64,000 nt of DNA from an uncultured Desulfosarcina sp. (lineage in GTDB: Bacteria; Desulfobacterota; Desulfobacteria; Desulfobacterales; Desulfosarcinaceae): contig CAXXWQ010000003.1 of NCBI GenBank assembly GCA_963674945.2, forward strand, positions 480,001 to 544,000, read 5' to 3'. A program made the translations under genes and the position numbers. Positions within the stretch are counted from its first letter, which is position 1. Each line of letters opens with the position of its first letter. The notes under the pieces were generated by a model. It had not been told where the DNA came from. It was given only the letters and a program-made list of their open reading frames with translations, and did no database searches. This document shows, piece by piece, positions 60,004-64,000 of this stretch.

Positions 60004-62514
60004 ATGACAAAAATAGTGCAAGCCTTCCAACGTCTGTACAACAACATTGTTTTTGGGCACCCCGTACGTGTTCTGATCTGCCTCATGATTCTCATTGCAG
60101 TTCTGGGATACAAGGCCAGGGACTTTCGGATCGACGCGTCGGCGGACGCCCTCTTACTGGAAAATGATAAGGATTTACGCTATTCTCGAAAAATCGCCGA
60201 ACGGTATGGGGTCCACGATTTTTTGCTCGTCGCCGTGAGCCCCCGAAATGGCGATCTTCTCGATGAAAAAAACCTGAATACATTGGACCGCTTGCGAGGC
60301 GAGATCGCAACCATGGATTGGGTCGAATCGGTCCTCACCATATTGGATGTACCACTGTTTGAAAGCCCGCCCGTCTCCTACTCGGAAATTTCCAATGAGA
60401 TTCCCAACCTGAAATCGCCTTCGGTCGACAAAAAACTGGCCAGAACCGAATTGCAGGAGAGCCCTTTTTACCGGGACCTTCTGGTCAGCCCGGACATGAA
60501 AACCACGTCCATCGTGGTCAACATCAAATCCGATCCGACATACACCGATCTGATCAACGAGCGAAATGGCTATCTGGATCAGAAGGCAGAAAATGGCCTG
60601 TCCCGCCGGGAGGCGCAAAGGCTCCATATCGTGTTAAAAGAGATCCGGACGCATAAAATCCGGATGAATGAAGAGCAGCATCGAAATATCGCACAGATTC
60701 GACAGATTCTGGATCAATACCGTCCCGATGCCAAGATTTTCCTCGGCGGCGTCAGCATGATCGCCGACGACATGATCACCATCATCAAAAACGATCTCAA
60801 GATTTTCGGCATCGGTGTTTTCCTGCTGCTGGTTTTCATGCTGGGCGTTATCTTCAAGAGTATGCGCTGGATTCTCGTTCCCATGCTCTGCTGTTTCTTA
60901 GCCGTCGTTTGCATGATGGGCGTTCTCGGCACCTTCGGCTGGGACGTGACGGTAATCTCTTCCAACTTCATCTCTCTGCAATTGATTATCACATTGGCCA
61001 TCGTGGTCCATCTGGTGGTGCGCTATCGGGAATATCAGGTCACCCGCCCTGACGCAGGACACCGCACCCTCACCCAGGAAACCGTCCGTACCAAGTTCGT
61101 CCCCTGCCTCTACGCGGCCCTTACCACCATTGCCGGTTTCGCCTCCCTGTTGCTCTGCGACATCAAACCCGTCATCCAATTCGGATGGATGATGAGCATC
61201 GGCATTCTTTTCTCCTTGGCGTTGACTTTTCTGCTCTTTCCATCCGGCGTTATTTTGCTGAAGAAACCGAATCCACCGATGCCACATAGGTTTTTCCGTT
61301 TTTCCATCCCCGGGTTTTTTGCCCGGTTGACCGAGAGGAAGGGGCCAGCGATCTTGATTATTACCGGTATCTTCTCGGTCCTGGCCGTGATGGGCATCTA
61401 TCGCCTGAAGGTGGAGAACAGCTTCATCGACTATTTTAAAAAATCGACCATGATCTACCAGGGAATGGCCGAAATCGATCAGAAATTGGGCGGTACCACG
61501 CCATTGGATGTGATCGTCCGATTCGATGCCGCCGCACCGGCAGCCGATCTTGCCGAGGAGAATGATCCGTTTGCCGACCCCTTCGACAATCCCGACGAAA
61601 CGGAGGATCCCAACAAATACTGGTTCATGGAAGACCGCATGGTGAAGATCGAACAGGTCCATGATTATCTGGAGAGCCTTCCCGCCACGGGAAAAGTTCT
61701 CTCATTGGCAACAGTGCTGAAAATCGGGAGAAGACTCAACGACGGCCAATCATTGGATAGCCTTGAAATGGCGGTTCTCTATTCGAAAATTCCAGACGAA
61801 TACAAGGATCTCATCTTGCGTCCGTATATCTCCTTCGATAACAATGAAGTCCGATTTACGATGCGCATCATCGATTCCATGCCAACGCTCAACCGCAATG
61901 CATTTCTCAAGAAAATCAAACACGATCTCGCCCATGAATTGAACATCGATAAAGGCAAGTTCCAATTGGCGGGGACGATGGTCCTGTACAACAACATGCT
62001 GCAAAGTCTGTTCGCATCCCAGATCAAGACTTTAGGAGTGGTGGCACTGGCACTGCTTTTGATGTTTGTACTGCTCTTTCGTTCCATTAAATTGGCATTG
62101 ATCGCCCTTTTTCCCAATCTTTTCTCGGCGGGTATTGTTCTGGGGGTAATGGGGTGGATGGACATCCCGCTGGACATCATGACAATCACGATTGCGGCCA
62201 TCAGTATCGGCATCGCCGTGGATGATACCATTCACTACATCTATCGATTTCGTGAGGAGATAAAGACCGACGGAGATTACATAAAAACCCTGCACAGATG
62301 CCACAACTCCATCGGCCATGCCATGTACTACACATCGATAACCATCATCATCGGTTTTTCGATCCTGGTCTTCTCCAACTTCTGGCCCACGATCTATTTC
62401 GGGATTTTTACCAGCTTGGCCATGCTGATCGCCCTCGTTGCCGCCTTGACGCTGCTTCCCTATCTTTTGATCATCGTAAAACCGTTTGGTCGAGGCGCGA
62501 GCAGCAGCCAATAG
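60004..62514 (+). CDS. MMPL/RND-family membrane transporter
   Basis: Duplicated transmembrane-periplasmic architecture; TTIAGFASL, LGGTTPLD and IGIAVDDTIH motifs. Confidence 0.88.
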   Translation: MTKIVQAFQRLYNNIVFGHPVRVLICLMILIAVLGYKARDFRIDASADALLLENDKDLRYSRKIAERYGVHDFLLVAVSPRNGDLLDEKNLNTLDRLRGEIATMDWVESVLTILDVPLFESPPVSYSEISNEIPNLKSPSVDKKLARTELQESPFYRDLLVSPDMKTTSIVVNIKSDPTYTDLINERNGYLDQKAENGLSRREAQRLHIVLKEIRTHKIRMNEEQHRNIAQIRQILDQYRPDAKIFLGGVSMIADDMITIIKNDLKIFGIGVFLLLVFMLGVIFKSMRWILVPMLCCFLAVVCMMGVLGTFGWDVTVISSNFISLQLIITLAIVVHLVVRYREYQVTRPDAGHRTLTQETVRTKFVPCLYAALTTIAGFASLLLCDIKPVIQFGWMMSIGILFSLALTFLLFPSGVILLKKPNPPMPHRFFRFSIPGFFARLTERKGPAILIITGIFSVLAVMGIYRLKVENSFIDYFKKSTMIYQGMAEIDQKLGGTTPLDVIVRFDAAAPAADLAEENDPFADPFDNPDETEDPNKYWFMEDRMVKIEQVHDYLESLPATGKVLSLATVLKIGRRLNDGQSLDSLEMAVLYSKIPDEYKDLILRPYISFDNNEVRFTMRIIDSMPTLNRNAFLKKIKHDLAHELNIDKGKFQLAGTMVLYNNMLQSLFASQIKTLGVVALALLLMFVLLFRSIKLALIALFPNLFSAGIVLGVMGWMDIPLDIMTITIAAISIGIAVDDTIHYIYRFREEIKTDGDYIKTLHRCHNSIGHAMYYTSITIIIGFSILVFSNFWPTIYFGIFTSLAMLIALVAALTLLPYLLIIVKPFGRGASSSQ

Positions 62515-62746
62515 CCCTAAGATAAAAACTTGATTTTTTTCAATGCATAGATAATGTTATCGGCAATCGCATTTTTTCAAATGCCTTCATTGAAACTTGG
62601 AAAGGCCCTAAAATACAAACCAGACAGGCATCTATCAATAGGGTAACAGAAAAATTCTCAAAACGTATTGACCTACTTTTTTTAGATCAATGATGATTCA
62701 AGTTTTGTCCAGCGCCCATCTATCAGCAAAAAGTTTTTGAATACGT

Positions 62747-63733
62747 ATGCGAAAACGTCCGAAAATCAGAAAAGCCAATACGTTGCGGCCGGATGAGTTA
62801 GATAGGCTACTCGTCCGCGAACTGGAAGCTGATGCACTGCAGAGCCTGGTCGATCTTGGTGCAAAGTTAGATGTTGCCCCAACAACTGTTCTGAGAAGAA
62901 TACGAAAGCTGCGTGATGCGGGAGCTTTCGATTTCGTTACGGGTATCGAGCCGCAAGCCCTTGGATACCAAACAAGAGCGTTGATCGGAATCAAGATGCA
63001 ACCCGGATCAGCCGATGATGCAGTAAATGCCCTTCGATCCTGCCATAATGTCCAGCTTGTCATACAGACCTATGGTCGCTATGACGTGCTAACCCCGACG
63101 TTTTTCCGCAATAATGAGGAAATTGTCGCCTTTGTTGATCAGGAACTGGGACGACTGGAGCATATCGCAAACTTCGACGTATTCGTATTCTTGGAAAAAT
63201 TGAAGGATTTTGGGGGGGCAATGGGCAATCGGCCTAGCAATACACACAACCCTCAAGAGCATTCCCTGGACGAATTGGATTTGAATCTGATTAAGGAGTT
63301 GGAATTGCAACCGAGGACGAGCACAACGACTCTGAGCAGAAGACTGGGGACTTCCTGGCAAACAATACAAACCCGATTGGAACGACTTCGGTCCAAAGGG
63401 GTGATAAATACGGTTACTCTGGTTGATACGCGTTGTTTCGGCTTAAACGTTGGCGCTTTGATATTTGCCAAAATCCAGCCTGGAAAGGTCCGTGACGTTG
63501 CAGTCGCGCTGACTCACGAAGATAAGGTAATCCAGGTAGCAATCATGGGCGGCCGATTTAATCTGATCCTCTGGGGGATATTTCGAGACTCGGAGGAGAT
63601 GTCCACATTTGTCAGGAATAATTTGGGTAACATTCCTTGGGTTATGGAATATGAGGTTTTTATCCAGGTAGGGCTTCCAAAAAAACCTTCAACTTCGGTA
63701 GTTCATCAAATTGTCCCCCAGCAGTGTCCATAG
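62747..63733 (+). CDS. tandem-duplicated Lrp/AsnC-family transcriptional regulator
   Basis: Two HTH+RAM units (DELDRLLVRELE...GRYDV; LDELDLNLIKELE...GRFNL). Confidence 0.82.
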   Translation: MRKRPKIRKANTLRPDELDRLLVRELEADALQSLVDLGAKLDVAPTTVLRRIRKLRDAGAFDFVTGIEPQALGYQTRALIGIKMQPGSADDAVNALRSCHNVQLVIQTYGRYDVLTPTFFRNNEEIVAFVDQELGRLEHIANFDVFVFLEKLKDFGGAMGNRPSNTHNPQEHSLDELDLNLIKELELQPRTSTTTLSRRLGTSWQTIQTRLERLRSKGVINTVTLVDTRCFGLNVGALIFAKIQPGKVRDVAVALTHEDKVIQVAIMGGRFNLILWGIFRDSEEMSTFVRNNLGNIPWVMEYEVFIQVGLPKKPSTSVVHQIVPQQCP

Positions 63734-64000
63734 TTTTTCATCATAAAGCCTTATTTGTTCCATATCCATCTATACAAAAACCGCAATTTACCAGGTATGA
63801 TCTCTGAACCGACAGTACAGTAGACGTATCTCATCGGAACACAATCTGCACAAAATCACTGGGCACAGATTCGCTTCCCTTCAATATTTTCATCAAACAC
63901 CCCCATAACCATCGGTATCTGATTAAGGCCATCGCCTGCCATACGATGTAACAAAAGCGGTCCGAAAGCCACTTTCGTTGATTCTGACAGCAAACCTTGA

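Noticed and set aside
63734..64000. Possible 3' end of a minus-strand gene at the window edge
   Set aside because: The open frames give no recognisable protein and cannot be called without the adjacent sequence.

Overview
A 64 kb chromosomal window that looks like a deltaproteobacterial sulfate reducer (Desulfobacterales-like, inferred from gene content and intergenic repeats). I found no rRNA, tRNA, CRISPR array, prophage or transposase. Housekeeping genes include htpX, hsp20, lon, rlpA, gmhB, recD2, nadB, rmuC, arfB, metF and uvsE. The strongest candidate for an undescribed system is a minus-strand trans-envelope cyclic-nucleotide module (35022->27815). It comprises a CHASE2 class III cyclase with non-canonical base-specificity residues, a FecR-TPR-beta-barrel outer-membrane receptor, an unannotated 58-aa Cys-rich lipoprotein, and a CRP with an intact RETVxR recognition helix. 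Two tandem CRP boxes follow, then a small zinc-finger gene broken by a T6 frameshift. Other notable items: a paired dynamin-like GTPase operon with one degenerate partner; a UV/singlet-oxygen lipid-modification island resembling the furan fatty acid genes, in an apparent anaerobe; an unannotated (D/E)RR-repeat microprotein near a PilZ gene; a three-gene glyco-modification cassette; a deletion remnant followed by an orphan PIN gene; and several MITE-like and heptamer inverted-repeat elements. All product calls come from motif recognition by eye, not from database searches.
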